The notes beneath the pieces are model-generated. The model had not been told where the DNA came from. It was given only the letters and a program-made list of their open reading frames with translations, and did no database searches. This document shows, one piece after another, positions 37,761 through 50,039 of a stretch of DNA of 64,000 nt (position 1 is its first letter; every line of letters starts with the position of its first letter). The translations under genes were made by a program, and so were the position numbers. The stretch is from the NCBI GenBank assembly GCA_964016885.1, contig OZ024744.1, positions 49,104,001-49,168,000 on the forward strand, read 5' to 3'. Source of the DNA: Eledone cirrhosa. Taxonomy: Eukaryota.

Positions 37761-40700
37761 GGGGATTCCTTTCTTTGTTTTTGTGCCTCTCCTTTGTTCT
37801 GTCCTACGCCATTTTGTTTCTGTGTGTGTGTTGTGTGCTCAGTCTGCGCATGCGCCACATCCGGGTGTCTGTGTGTGTTTATGTTCATTTATTTATTTGT
37901 TTATTTACATGTTACTGGTTGGTTGTTTGTTCTATGTGTGTGTGTGTTTTCATTTTGTCCTTAATTGTAAGTTGTGATGTTGCTGTTCCACTCATATTTT
38001 CTATTTAATTTTGGTTGTAATTCTTTTATGTTTATTGCCTCTGTGATTTGTCTAAACATTGCGTCTTTTCTGTGTGTAGATTCTATTTTTATTTCTATGT
38101 TCTCTAATTTACCCTTGTGTTCTATTTTAGCATGTTGGTAGAGTACAGATGATTCTTTACTATCTTGAAGGTCTCGCCAGTGTTCATTTATCCGTTCTCT
38201 TACACTACGAGCTGTCTCACCTATGTACACTATATTTTTGTCTCTACATTGTCCTTCAGTACATCTTATGCTATACACTACATTTCTAGTTTTACAGTTA
38301 ATATGGGGGCTTATTTTACAGGTTATACATTTCTTATCTATACATGAGGGTCTTTGAAAAGGGTATGTCTTGCTAATAAGTGTTTTTACGGAGGTACCTG
38401 GTCGTTCTACTATCTTAATATTGAGTTTATGTTTATCTAGGGCCCTTCTAAATTTGTAAGCTAATTCACCTCTAGGGGTTGTATCGATGAACATTACACT
38501 CTGGTATTTATTGCTATCATACCATGAGTTTATTCTATTAGCCTTGTTCCTAGTTCTTTCTATTCTATTCCAAAAGTTGCTCCTATACAAGGGGCAAGTC
38601 CCATTTATGTCATTATTTACCATTTTTTCCCATTTGGTTCTGGCTCCTCTATACACTCTGATTTTATCTCTCTGATTGTAGCCAGAGAACTGCATACGGT
38701 GGATGAAGTGTTATATGTGTCTCTCTAGTTCTTCGGGGTTGCACATGCGGGACACATTTCTCATCACCCGTACCAAATCCGCAATCAGTATGTTGATTTT
38801 GGTATGGTCCGAAACGGCCGAGTTTCGGTGGATCAGATGTTTGGAAGTCATGGGTTTGGCATAATGGGAATGGAGGATTTGTTTTTTGTTATTAATGGTA
38901 TCTAACCAGAGCTCTGTGTCTAGTACAGGTAATCGATGGTTGGGGTGTTTACTTGGGTAGTCTATAGTAACTCTAATGCTCTGGTGGATGGAGTTAGCTA
39001 TTTGCTGGATGCTTTCCATTGTGTTTTTCTCTAGTTCCTGACTGTTCTCTAGTGGGGGTGTCTTAACTACGATGTTTATATAATCAACGTAGCGGGAGTA
39101 CATTATCAGGGTTAAGGGGTCTTCTAATTGTTCTTTAAGTTTAAGTTTAAGTCTACTGTCCCACCATACCATGAATAAGTTAGCTATGTCGCCTGCAATG
39201 CTAACACCAATGGCTGCTCCTTCCTCTTGGGCATATGTTTTTCCATTAAATTTGAACATATGTTCCTTAAGGATTAGTTTTATGCTGGCCCCTACCGCAT
39301 GTGCAATCATTTTCTTCAGTTCATCGTGGTTTTCGGGTGTCCGTATGGCTCTGGTCCACCCGTTCCATCTATCTGTGTGGGTTTTCTTGGCCATTGAGGT
39401 AATGGTAGGTGGTCTGCCTCTTGCTGGTCTTGTAGGGCACAGGTTGCTAAGGTCATATGTGTCTAGGTAATTATTACTATAGGTAAGTTTAAGTAGGAGT
39501 CCCAGCTCACTGGTATCAATCCCACGGAACTCAACATTGCTCTCACTGATCATTTCTACGCATTTCTCCACAGCAAAATCCACGTCAATAGATGGATACA
39601 GGGACACAACATCCATACTACCTATTATGCAGCTTGTTAGGTCCCTAGATCGGTTACTCTCGCCGATTCTGCTGAGGAGGTCCTCCGTGCTGTCACATAC
39701 ATCTGGGGACATTTCAATGATGGGTATGATCAGGGAGAGGAAGTAGGACAGTCTGTAGTTACTAGCAATGTTAGCTCCACAGACTGGCCGTGTTGGTGGT
39801 CCCGCGACAGGGTCACTGCCCGTTTTATGGTCTTGTCGAAGCCCATACAACGCCGGCACGTCATTGTTCCAGGCCTGGAAGTTGTTGGCAGTCCTTTTGT
39901 TGGGCTGCATTATATTCGTCCACATCACCATATGGGTATTGAGGGCTTTTTCTCTATCCTCATGCTCCTGTGGTGTTTCCTCTCTTGTGTTAGTGATGTG
40001 GGGTTGCATTGCCTGGATGTAGTTTGGCAGGCTGTCAACCGACATTCTGCCAGACTTGTCTGTTGGAAAGCATGCTATCTCTCCATTACGCGAGCTGCAT
40101 GAGCTTACGCAAGCCATTTGCAGATTTTTCTCCCAGTTGCTGGGCCTCCATTCTATTATGCTTCTTGCTATACTGTTCTATAATATTTCTAAGTTCGGAT
40201 CTAGCTATACTAAATTGTGCTTCTGTTTGTTCATCGACCTGCGACGGCAATTGCGTGCGTTTGTTAAATGGTAAAGTCGTGACGTGGACTCGTCGCAGGT
40301 CGAACGATTTATCGGAGGGATTATAAAAAGTAGAGTTCCAGGCTGCTGCTTTATGTGTACTAGTGCTACTGTTATTGTTAGTTGTGTTGTTTCTATTTCT
40401 ATTTCCACCAACAGCCTCATGGTTGTTTCTATGTCTCTCATAATTACTCCTGTCTCTTTCCACTGGCTCAATGTTGTTATCTACCCTATTTTGTGTGTCT
40501 GTGTGTTCGTCTTGGTTATTCTCTTTGTCCTTAGTCTCCCATCTCCTTTTCCTTTTAATCCTATTACTTTCTCTTATTTCTCTGATTTCTGTGCTACTGT
40601 CATTACTTGTTTTCTGTGTCTGTGTGTTTGTTAAGATTGTGGTGGTGGTGAGAGGCATTGAATGTGTGCGTGTTGTTGTTGTTGATGTGTGCTGTTGTTG

Positions 40701-41360
40701 ATGTGTGTTGTTGTTGTCTCCGTGTGTGTTATTATTGTTGTGTGTGTTATTGTTGTTTGTGTCTGCGTGTCTGTTGTTGTTGTTTCTGGGTATGTTATTA
40801 TTGTTGTTGGTGTGTGTGTGTTGTTGTTATTGTTGTTTGTGTCTGTGTGTCTGTTGTTGTTGGGATGTGTGTGCGTATATTGTTACTTTTGTTTTTGTTT
40901 TTGTTTTTGAGGCTCCAGCGTAGTTTTGTAAATGATTTTTCTAATTCTGACAGACAACTAATCATATTTACCTTCTTGAATGTCGCAAATTTCGGTGGTA
41001 GACGTAATACAGATAACTCATCGTCATCTATTATCGTGTTGCCGTATATATTTGTGTTGTTGTTGTTGTTGTTGTTGAACAGAGGCAATAAACATAAAAG
41101 AATTACAACCAAAATTAAATAAAAAATATGAGTGGAACAGCAACATCACAACTTACAATTAAGGACAAAATGAAAACACACACACACATAGAACAAACAA
41201 CCAACCAGTAATATGTAAATAAACAAATAAATAAATGAACATAAACACACACAGACACCCGGATGTGGCGCATGCGCAGACTGAGCACACAACACACACA
41301 GAAACAAAATGGCGTAGGACAGAACAAAGGAGAGGCACAAAAACAAAGAAAGGAATCCCC

Positions 41361-41404
41361 AGTCACTGAAGAGGTCACAGAGTGTGTGACGAAAGAACTA
41401 TGAC
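41361..41404 (+). ncRNA. Minimal hammerhead ribozyme (19348 design); mutated copies at ~41787-41826(-), 41891-41934(+), 42522-42566(+)
   Basis: AGTCACTGAAGAGGTCACAGAGTGTGTGACGAAAGAACTATGAC; other copies have GAAA>AAAA or CTGA>CTGT. Confidence 0.8.
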
Positions 41405-41542
41405 AATATATAAACAACTATCTGGTTGTGGAACCAACCAACCAACCAGAAATTTATAAATTTATAAATTTATTATAATAAATTGAAGTGAAAGCAACTG
41501 GTGCGTGTGTTTCTTATTGGCAACATGACCCTCCCAAAGTAT

Positions 41543-41595
<53 letters not shown>

Positions 41596-42716
41596 TGTAT
41601 ATATAATTTGTTTTTTAATTTGTTTTGTAAGATATCTTATCTGGAAACGTGTGTTGAAACAGATATTGTTATACTTTGGGAGGGTCATGCTGCCAATAAG
41701 AAGACATTCACCTGTTGGTTTTAACTTCAATTTATTATAAGTTTCTGGTTGGTTGGTTCGATAACCAGAAGGTTGTTTATATATTTTCAAAGCTCTTTTG
41801 TCACGCATCCTGTGACCTCCTCAGTGCCTAGGTTTTATAAAAACAAGATGGTGTAGGACAGAACAAAGGAGAGACACAAAATAAAAACCTAGTCACTGAG
41901 GAGATCACAGAATGTGTGACAAAAGAACTTTGACAATATATAAACAACCTTCCAGGTATCAAACCAACCAACCAGAAACTTAAAGTAAATTGAAGTGAAA
42001 ACCAACATGTGCATGTGTTTTTACTGGCAGCATGACCCTCCCAAAGTATAACAATATCTGTTTCAACACACGTTTCCAGATAAGATATCTTACAAAACAA
42101 ATTAAAAAACAAATTATATATACATATTTATATATATATATTTCGTTTCTGAATTTGTTTAGCAAGATTCTTTATCTGAAATCGTGTGTTGAAACCGATA
42201 TTGTTATACTTTGGGAGGGTCATGTTGCCAATTACAGAGGCAATAAACATAAAAGAATTACAACCAAAATTAAATAGAAAATATTAGTGGAACAGCAACA
42301 TCACAACTTACAATTAAGGACAAAATGAAAACACACACACACATAGAACAAGCAACCAACAAATAACATGTAAATAAATAAACAAATAGATAAATGAACA
42401 CAAACACACACAGACACCCGGATGTGGCGCATGCGCAAACTGAGCACACAACACACATACAGAAACAAAATGGCGTAGGACAGAAGAAAGGAAAGGCACA
42501 GAAACAAAGAAAGGAATCCCCAGTCACTGTAGAGGTCACAGAGTGTGTGACGAAAGGACTATGACTATATATAAACAACTATCTGGTTGTGGAACCAACC
42601 AACCAACCAGAAATTTGTAGATTTGTAAATTTATAAATTTATAAATATATAATAAATTGAAGTGAAAGCAACTGGTGCGTGTGTTTCTTATTGGCAACAT
42701 GACCCTCCCAAAGTAT

Positions 42717-42764
<48 letters not shown>

Positions 42765-42879
42765 ATACTGTTGAAACATCTGGCAATATAACAATTCACT
42801 GACATCGAGTTCTATATCAATCAATCTATCTATCTATTGAATAAATAAAATTTAAAAAAAGAAAGAAAGATATCTATCC

Positions 42880-43680
42880 TGTTGACAGGGGCGATTGTCA
42901 ACAACAGGTGGTGGAGCTCTCACAAGAATTAGAATAGAATCGATAGCATTTAGCAATCGATAGCATTTATCAAGGAAGTAGCTTTAGAAAAAAACAAAAC
43001 TGAAAAGGAACTGGTAGCTAAAGTAGAAGAGGGACTTAGGAATGGAGTACAGCTAATGTGCTAGCGGCTAGAACGGCACAAGACCAGTTCTTCAACGTGA
43101 AACACGAAGGTTGTATTGTCAGAAGTAGAACACGTGCTCTAAGAAATGAGGGAGCCAAAGCTGTGATATGGAACGGCCCCGATAGGTAGCCGTTCACCTT
43201 GTCCCTTGAGCAGATGTTGCTGCTGTGCATTGCAGCAATCCAGCCCCTGAACACGGGTCCGAAGCCTGCCACCTCGAGCACCGTATCCAGGTAACGATGG
43301 TCAACCCTATCGAAAGCCTTAGACTGATCCAAGTTGATCAGGGCCCCACCGAAGCCGGGTTTACACCCTACCCTCTCTATGATGTATCGCATGAGGTGGA
43401 GGTTGTCGTGTATGGACCTGGTCGGGATTGCACATGTCTGCGCTTCTCCCACCAGGTTTTCGACGACAAGCGCCAGCCTCTTTGCCAACACCTTAGCCAA
43501 AATCTGTAACTCTGTGTTGAGCAGAGTTATGGACCGGAAGTTGCCTATGTCATCCCCCTTGTTCTCGTCCTTCCTGACTAACGTGATTACGCCTTTGGTC
43601 ACAGAACTGGGAATTCTCCCGTTCTGCTGCCAGTTGCATTAGATCGCTTTCAGGAAACCGGAGAAAAAGTCCGGGGCATT
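42880..43680. mobile_element. Two convergent Tx1 ORF2 fragments (42880-43164 +, 43163-43680 -)
   Basis: Plus part matches 52978-53246; minus part matches 53575-54090; both outer ends abut TATC repeats. Confidence 0.88.
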
Positions 43681-44550
43681 AAATAGATAGATATTTGTTC
43701 AGTATGTATACATTGTATTATATACATGTATTTACATAATATAGCAAGTTTGCTTTTCAATGACATCTGTGAACTTTCAAATGACTTATGGAGGTATATA
43801 TATATTGATTCAATGGTGATTGCTACAATGTTTTCTATACCTTTCATTTATATATTTATATATATATATATCTTTTATAATGAAACACAAGAACGTCTGA
43901 AAATTGTTTAGCTCTATGAATAAGAATTATTAACCCTTTCATTTGATGAGGGACACCCTACTCTGACCCTAATATTTTATCCACTTCATGGTCCTGGCCA
44001 ACAGGCTGGTGAAAACATTGCCTTTATGTACAGCCAGGGAGATGCACAGGAACAGCTACTCCACCTCATGGGGTTCACACCTGCCGGAAACCAGCTCCAT
44101 TCTGATAGCAGTTAAGGTTCAGGGACCAAGAATTTCAGAAGTCTCCACAGTCACAGGCTCAACCACAAACCTATCAGATAGTGGCCGATATTTTGACAGT
44201 TTACACTCTTTGGCCTGGTGGGCAACGAAGTGTGAGGTGTTAGCCAAATGCACCTGCTTGTTACTAGAAAAGGTGTCACAACATGTGGCATCCCAGATGA
44301 ACAGCCTACTCCCCTCCCCCGTAGAACAAGAAAATTGTTATGCCATCTGGCTTTTTGCCATCTCAGTTTAGCCCCACTGGCTTGAGCTAGAAAGGGAAGC
44401 CTGCACCATTCAGACCATGTTTTATGATCTCCTTGAGAGCGGCATGACAGGGAGGCAGCCAGCACTATAAAGGCATGGATACATTTGTTTGGAAAATGGT
44501 AATTTAAGAATGTATAAGCTGTCATATCTTTCTCCCCACAACTTTGCGTA

Positions 44551-44712
44551 TGTCTATCTATCTATATGTCTGTCAATTTGTCTCTCTGTCAGTCTATCTG
44601 TCTATCTATCTGTGTATCTATCTGTCTGTCTCTATCTATCTATCTATCTATCTTGTATTTGTCCCCTTCTTTTGTGCCCCTGTGGCTAATAAAGAAATAT
44701 ATCTATCTATCT
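44551..44712 (+). repeat. (TATC/TGTC)n microsatellite containing a solo ~50-bp Tx1 3' end
   Basis: TGTATTTGTCCCCTTCTTTTGTGCCCCTGTGGCTAATAAAGAAA at ~44654-44698 matches the B tail at 55798-55840. Confidence 0.9.
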
Positions 44713-44829
44713 AACTATAATCTAGCTGTCGTCTGTTCGACAGCGTAGACGTAATTCACTTCGCGCAGAAGCTTTGTTCCAATTTATTGCGAACATTTTG
44801 TAAGTTTAATTTTAATTTTGATACTATTG

Positions 44830-44920
44830 TGTAGCTTGACCCCCCCGTCTGAACTGTCAGGCGGTGGGTCAGCTCATCTTCGCCCCTCCCAGGGGTGAAA
44901 AACCTGTTTTTAAAAATTTT
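44830..44920 (+). promoter_or_regulatory. Conserved two-hairpin leader element upstream of Tx1 ORF1 (also 50081-50170, 55960-56050)
   Basis: Same layout in three diverged families: TTGACCC...GGGTCA long stem followed by TTCGCCCCT..AGGGGYGAA stem and TTTAAAAA; function unknown. Confidence 0.6.
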
Positions 44921-44950
44921 GTGGCATAAAATTTCAATCGTCTGGCAGAA

Positions 44951-46846
44951 ATGTTAAACGAAGCTAACGAAAATAGTGGTGGGGGGACAGCGGTAAGAGT
45001 TGTAAGCTCGCACGCTTTAGTCCCCCCTTCCTTCCCAACTAACGTCATAGAGAAAGAAAGAAAAAATAAAATGAAAACAGACGAATGTGCGGAGAAAAAT
45101 GACGAAAACACAAATCTGGAGATTGTGTCCAACAACAAAAAAAATTTGAAAGAATTGCATGACAATATTAATACCACAAACAAAGAAACAACAAACACAA
45201 AAATAACATTTGAAAACAACATCATAACAGAAAGCAAAACAGACGACAAAGTCAACACCAATAATATCTCATTTGCACAAACAACAAAGAAATCTTTAAC
45301 ATATATACCTGAAAATATTTCAGATGTGGCACAAAGAATAAAAAACGCCAAACAATACATAACTCAAGGGGAAAATGGAACCTTATCGGTAAAAATGCCC
45401 CAAGAACTCACCAAAGATATTGAAAGTCAGACGGTCGTTTTGCACACCATCAAGATCTAAAAAAAAACTCAACAACCAACACAAGCAGAAATTAAAGCAG
45501 TACTTACAGAAGTACTTAATGAAGCCACTTTCATAAGAAGAGACAGGCTGTATGGAAGCCTAGCCATTATTATGAAGAACGAATCGGCGGCAAAAAAATA
45601 TGCTTTGTCGCCGATTCGTTCGACAAATTTTACCTTTTATCCATCTTATATGGGTAAAAGAACTCAGCGCATATGGCTGGATGCGATGATGCAAGATGTG
45701 GACTACTGCTGGCTCATAGCTGGCTTCATCGATCCAGCGAATGACAACGTGATTTCCATTGGGAAAACCACAGGCAATGCGTTCAGTGGAACAGGTATAG
45801 AACTTGTAGTGCAAATGAAGCCTGAACGCATTGCCCAAATACCCGACAGAATCCTATTAGAGGGCCACGGGTATATAAACATTAGCGTGGAGGGGAGAAA
45901 GCCGTCCTGTCAAATCTGTGCAGGCAGAGGGCACCTGAAAGCGGCTTGTCCACAACTCAACAAGAAGAAAACCCTGCTACCAACACCAGCTCCACCACCA
46001 CCACAACAGATAAACAAACAACAAAACTCAGTCCCACCCAACCCGTCCCTCAGTAAAACTACACCACCACCACAGCACAAACAGACACAACACATTAACC
46101 AAAAACAAAACACAGTCCCACCCAACCCCTCACTCAATAAAACAACACAACCACCGCAGCCACAACAGACAACACAGTCTAACATAGTGACATCCATCTC
46201 CCCCACAAAGAAAACCAACACGGAAACATTACCAGCAAACATACCTCTTCCCTCCAACACTGAAGATAACCCAACGAATTCGGAGGAAGAAACGGAGTCC
46301 TTCAGACAGATTAAAAGGAAAAAAAGAAAACATGTGCAAAACACACAAAGCCAAACAGCCCCTACCCAAATGTCAACACAATCCAACAAAACACAAAACA
46401 CCCCTCCAGCAACAAACAAAACCAAACCTGCCCCTCCCCTCTTCGAAACACTCACACCATCCGAAAAAAAGACATTACACTATACTTACATCAACAGAAA
46501 CAATAATAAATTAAATGAACTCATAAACAATAACCCTTCGGTACAAACCGAAGGGGTAAACTTTGTTTCTTCAGAAAACTACCCACATTTAAAATTAATA
46601 AAGATTCCAATGAACCTCTACCAAAAACTAAAAAAGGATTTTAAGGAGGACGTAGGACCACCCTCTGTCAAACCCATAAACCGCGTCCTCCTAAAAAGCT
46701 TTCCCCCTCCCCTTCCCAACACAACTCCAAACACCCCAACCCCACCACACACTGACGACCCCACACCACCACAATACACCCCTTCACCCAACACCCCCGA
46801 CCCCATGGAAGTCGTGCGACCCGAACCCCGTGAAGCAGAAAGGTGA
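44951..46846 (+). pseudogene. ORF1 (gag-like, CCHC zinc knuckle) of family A
   Basis: Two ORF pieces joined at an A-run; homologous to 50217-52128. Confidence 0.85.
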
Positions 46847-49800
46847 GTCTCTACACTCTCCTTTGGCTTTGCCGCCCACATGGATGTGTTAAGAGTAGGA
46901 TGTTTGAATGCACGTGGCCTGGGCTCAACTTGGAAGCAAGCAAAGCTTCTAAATGACCTCAGGTCACGTGGTATAAATGTAATGGTTATCTGTGAGACTC
47001 GGATCAGCGTCGTGCGGCAGCTGGCCCCTACCTTCGATGACTTTGAGGTGCACGCATCTCTCTGTCAACCTGGAGGTGGGGGTGGGGTTGTCGTACTGCT
47101 GGAAAAACACCTGGGTCTCGCCGTACAGGTTGTTCACTCGGACCCGGAAGGTCGTTTGTTGATGCTAGACGTTGGCAGTAGTGGAGGTGCGGCCTTGAGA
47201 CTGGTCGCCGTCTACTCCACTTTCGGAGCTGAACGACCCGACTTCTTCCAGCGTCTAGAGACTTTTCTGGGAACGTCGCGTTCCCTGCTTCTAGCGGGGG
47301 ACTGGAATGACATCCTAGATGCACGTTGGGACTATGCAGGAGCATGTCCTAATAGAGGGGGGTGTAACAGCCTCAAGGGGTTACTCGACCGTTTTAACTT
47401 GGTCGATAGATATCGACTAGATTTTCCAACTGTGCCAACCTGGACTTGGACGAACCACAGTGGTCAATCTAGATCGTACTTACATAGATTCTTAGTTAGA
47501 AGTAAGGATAGGGACGAAGATGTGGCCAGAGTGCTGGCATCGAGGACGGCCTTGGGCCAGTTTTTCGATGCAAAGCACGAAGGCTGCGTCATTCGAAGTA
47601 AAATACGTGCTCTAGGTAATGAGGAGGCCAAAGCCATTGGCTGGGCCCGCGTGACAGAAGCTAAGAGTGGAAATCGATCCACCATCCGGTCTTTGCAAGA
47701 CGAGGATGGACGGGTGATCCGGGAGCCTAAGCAGATGTGCGAGGCCTTTCAAAGGCACTTTGCCCGATTGTTCGGGGGAGGCGGGTGTCCGGGCGGGGAC
47801 GTGGATTTCGGTCCATACCTCGACGGCCTGCAGCGTCTCTCGAGCGAAGAGGCAGAATCCTGCGAGGGACCAATCTCGGCTGATGAGATCGAGGATGCGC
47901 TGAGCCAATGCAGCAAACGCAAATCTCCAGGTCTCGATGGTATACCTTACGAACTTTATTTGGCAATGCCGGTCTTCTTCTCCGAACTCCTCAAAGCAGT
48001 CTACTGCAATTGGCAGCAGAACGGGAGAATTCCTTGTTCTGTAGCCAAGGGCGTAGTCTCGCTGGTGAGGAAGGACGAGAACAAGGGGGATAGTATAAAT
48101 AATTTTCGGCCCATAACCCTGCTAAACACAGAGTTAAAGATTTTGGCGAAGGTGTTAGCAAAAAGGTTGGCGCTTGTCGTGGCTAGCCTGGTGGGAGATG
48201 CGCAGACATGTGCTATCCCATCCAGGTCCATTCACGACAACCTCCACCTCATGCGATACATCATAGAGAGGGTGGCAACAAACCCGGCTTCGGTGAGGCC
48301 CTGATCAACTTGGATCAGTCTAAGGCGTTCGATAGGGTCGACCATGGTTACCTGGATGCGGTGCTAGCGGCGGCTGGGTTCGGTCCTGTTTTCAGAGGCT
48401 GGATCACTGCCTTACATAGCAACCACATCTGTTCTAGGATCAAGGTGAACGGCTACCTTTCGAAGCCGTTCGAAATCACACGATCCATTCGACAGGGGTG
48501 CCCTCTTTCCTCCCTTCTGTACGTATTGACTCTCGAACCTTTACTGAGGAAGTTGCAGGGTATCCCCCTGGAACCAGGATTGAGCAAAGCAGTGTCGGCC
48601 TACGCCGATGAGGTAACAGTAATGGTATCGACCGACTCGGAGATCGAGGCGATCGGCACCTTACTGGAGGAATACGAAAGGTTGTCAGGAGAAAAACTGA
48701 ACCGGGAAAAATCCATCGGGCTGCAACTCGGAACGTGGAGAGGCAGACCGATGCCTCCCGACGGTGTCGCCGGACACTGGACGGAGGTCCCGGTGAAGTT
48801 GCTTGGGGTCTGGTTTGGACCGGACCTCCAGGTGGAAAAGAACTGGGGCGAGGTTACGAGCAAGGTGTTTGCACTGACCCAGAAATGGGCCAAGTGTAAG
48901 CTGTCCCTGAAAGGTCGGGCGGAGGTGGCGAACATTTACATAGCGTCCGTCACCTACTACCGCCTGACTGTCGTGCCTTGCCCTAAGGAAACACTCACCA
49001 CCATGGAACGCATGGTCTTTCAATTTCTTTGGAAAAGGCGCCCTCCTATGGTGAGAAGATCCATCTGCTGCCAACAACCTTCGAAAGGGGAGCTGGGGAT
49101 GCCGTGGTTGATGATGCGTAGGCACGCATTAAGGCTACGGCATCTACAGGTATTCCTCACTGGTCAACCGGTATGGGCTCCGTTCGTGAGACGAGCCTTT
49201 CCGAGACTCGTCTCGCTCACCGAGTTGCAGTCCTGGGTCAAGCAAAGATCCGGAAAACTGGGCGACTGGCACACTGAGTGTGCCCAGGCGCTCAGGGCTC
49301 TCTGGCAAGCGGACCCGGCCATCGGTGGAGAATCCACCTCGTCATTCTATAGAGGGCTGGTGGCTAGCAGGAGCGATGACACCCTTGGAGAGTCACTGGA
49401 CATGGAAGAGGACGAACTGGCCAGCCTGTTCGGTAGGACTTTCGGCCCGGGACCAATGGACAACTTCCAGAAGTCACTGGCCTGGCAGTGCTACCGGGGG
49501 GCTCTACCCGTTCGAGAAAAGCTCTACAAACACGGGCGCCCGGGCAGGGATCCCTCGAAAAAGATTTGACCTAGATGCGTGCGTCACGAAGAAACCGTTG
49601 CGCACGCATTGGTGCAATGTCCGGGCGTGGCTGATCTGTGGGGCTACGCCGAACAACTGCTGTCGCGGGTGGCGCCGATTCGATTGACCGCCGAGTCCGT
49701 GATGACAATCAAGCCGCCTCCCCTCTTCACAAAGGAAGAAAAGGCGGTTTTTCTGTGCGTAATAGCCATGTTGAAAGAGGTTGTTTGGTGGACACGATTG

Positions 49801-50039
49801 AAAGGTCTGAGGTCAGGCAACTTCCTCTCTGGCCATAGTCTGGTCTACTTCTTCCGATATAACTTCGGAAGAAGGGTAAGAATGGAGAGAGAGGTGCTTG
49901 GCCACAGGCAGTTTTATGAAAGGTGGGTGATAGTGGCGAGAATGGCTCGTGTAAATGGGCCTTCTCTGTATACTATCCTGTAGGTAAAGAAGTGAAGGAG
50001 AGGGGAGCACCTCCTCCATGTGCTCCCCGTTTATTTATG

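Larger units (their letters stand above)
37471..42783 (-). mobile_element. Large Penelope-like element (Neptune-type motifs) with multiple inverted terminal-repeat copies
   Basis: RT 38711-40117(-): TDKSG, LYGLRQDHK, RPVC, SMDVVSLYPSI, QEEGAAIG, RYVD, LPVLD; GIY-YIG 37961-38695(-); 3' repeat ~37500-37960; opposite-sense copies ~41080-41550, ~41830-42120, ~42236-42783; outer ends CCAGATGTTTCAACAGTATG / CATACTGTTGAAACATCTGG. Confidence 0.93.
44716..50030 (+). mobile_element. Tx1/L1-clade LINE family A (ORF1 + ORF2), no normal 3' tail
   Basis: ORF1 44951-46846 (frameshift ~45460; CQICAGRGHLKAAC knuckle); ORF2 46880-49983 (CLNARGL, ICETR, LAGDWN, AYADEV, ETVAHALVQC) with a frameshift, a stop and an internal deletion. 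Confidence 0.95.

Noticed and set aside
43930-44525. Possible host exon or LINE remnant
   Set aside because: No recognisable motif or consistent frame; left unannotated.
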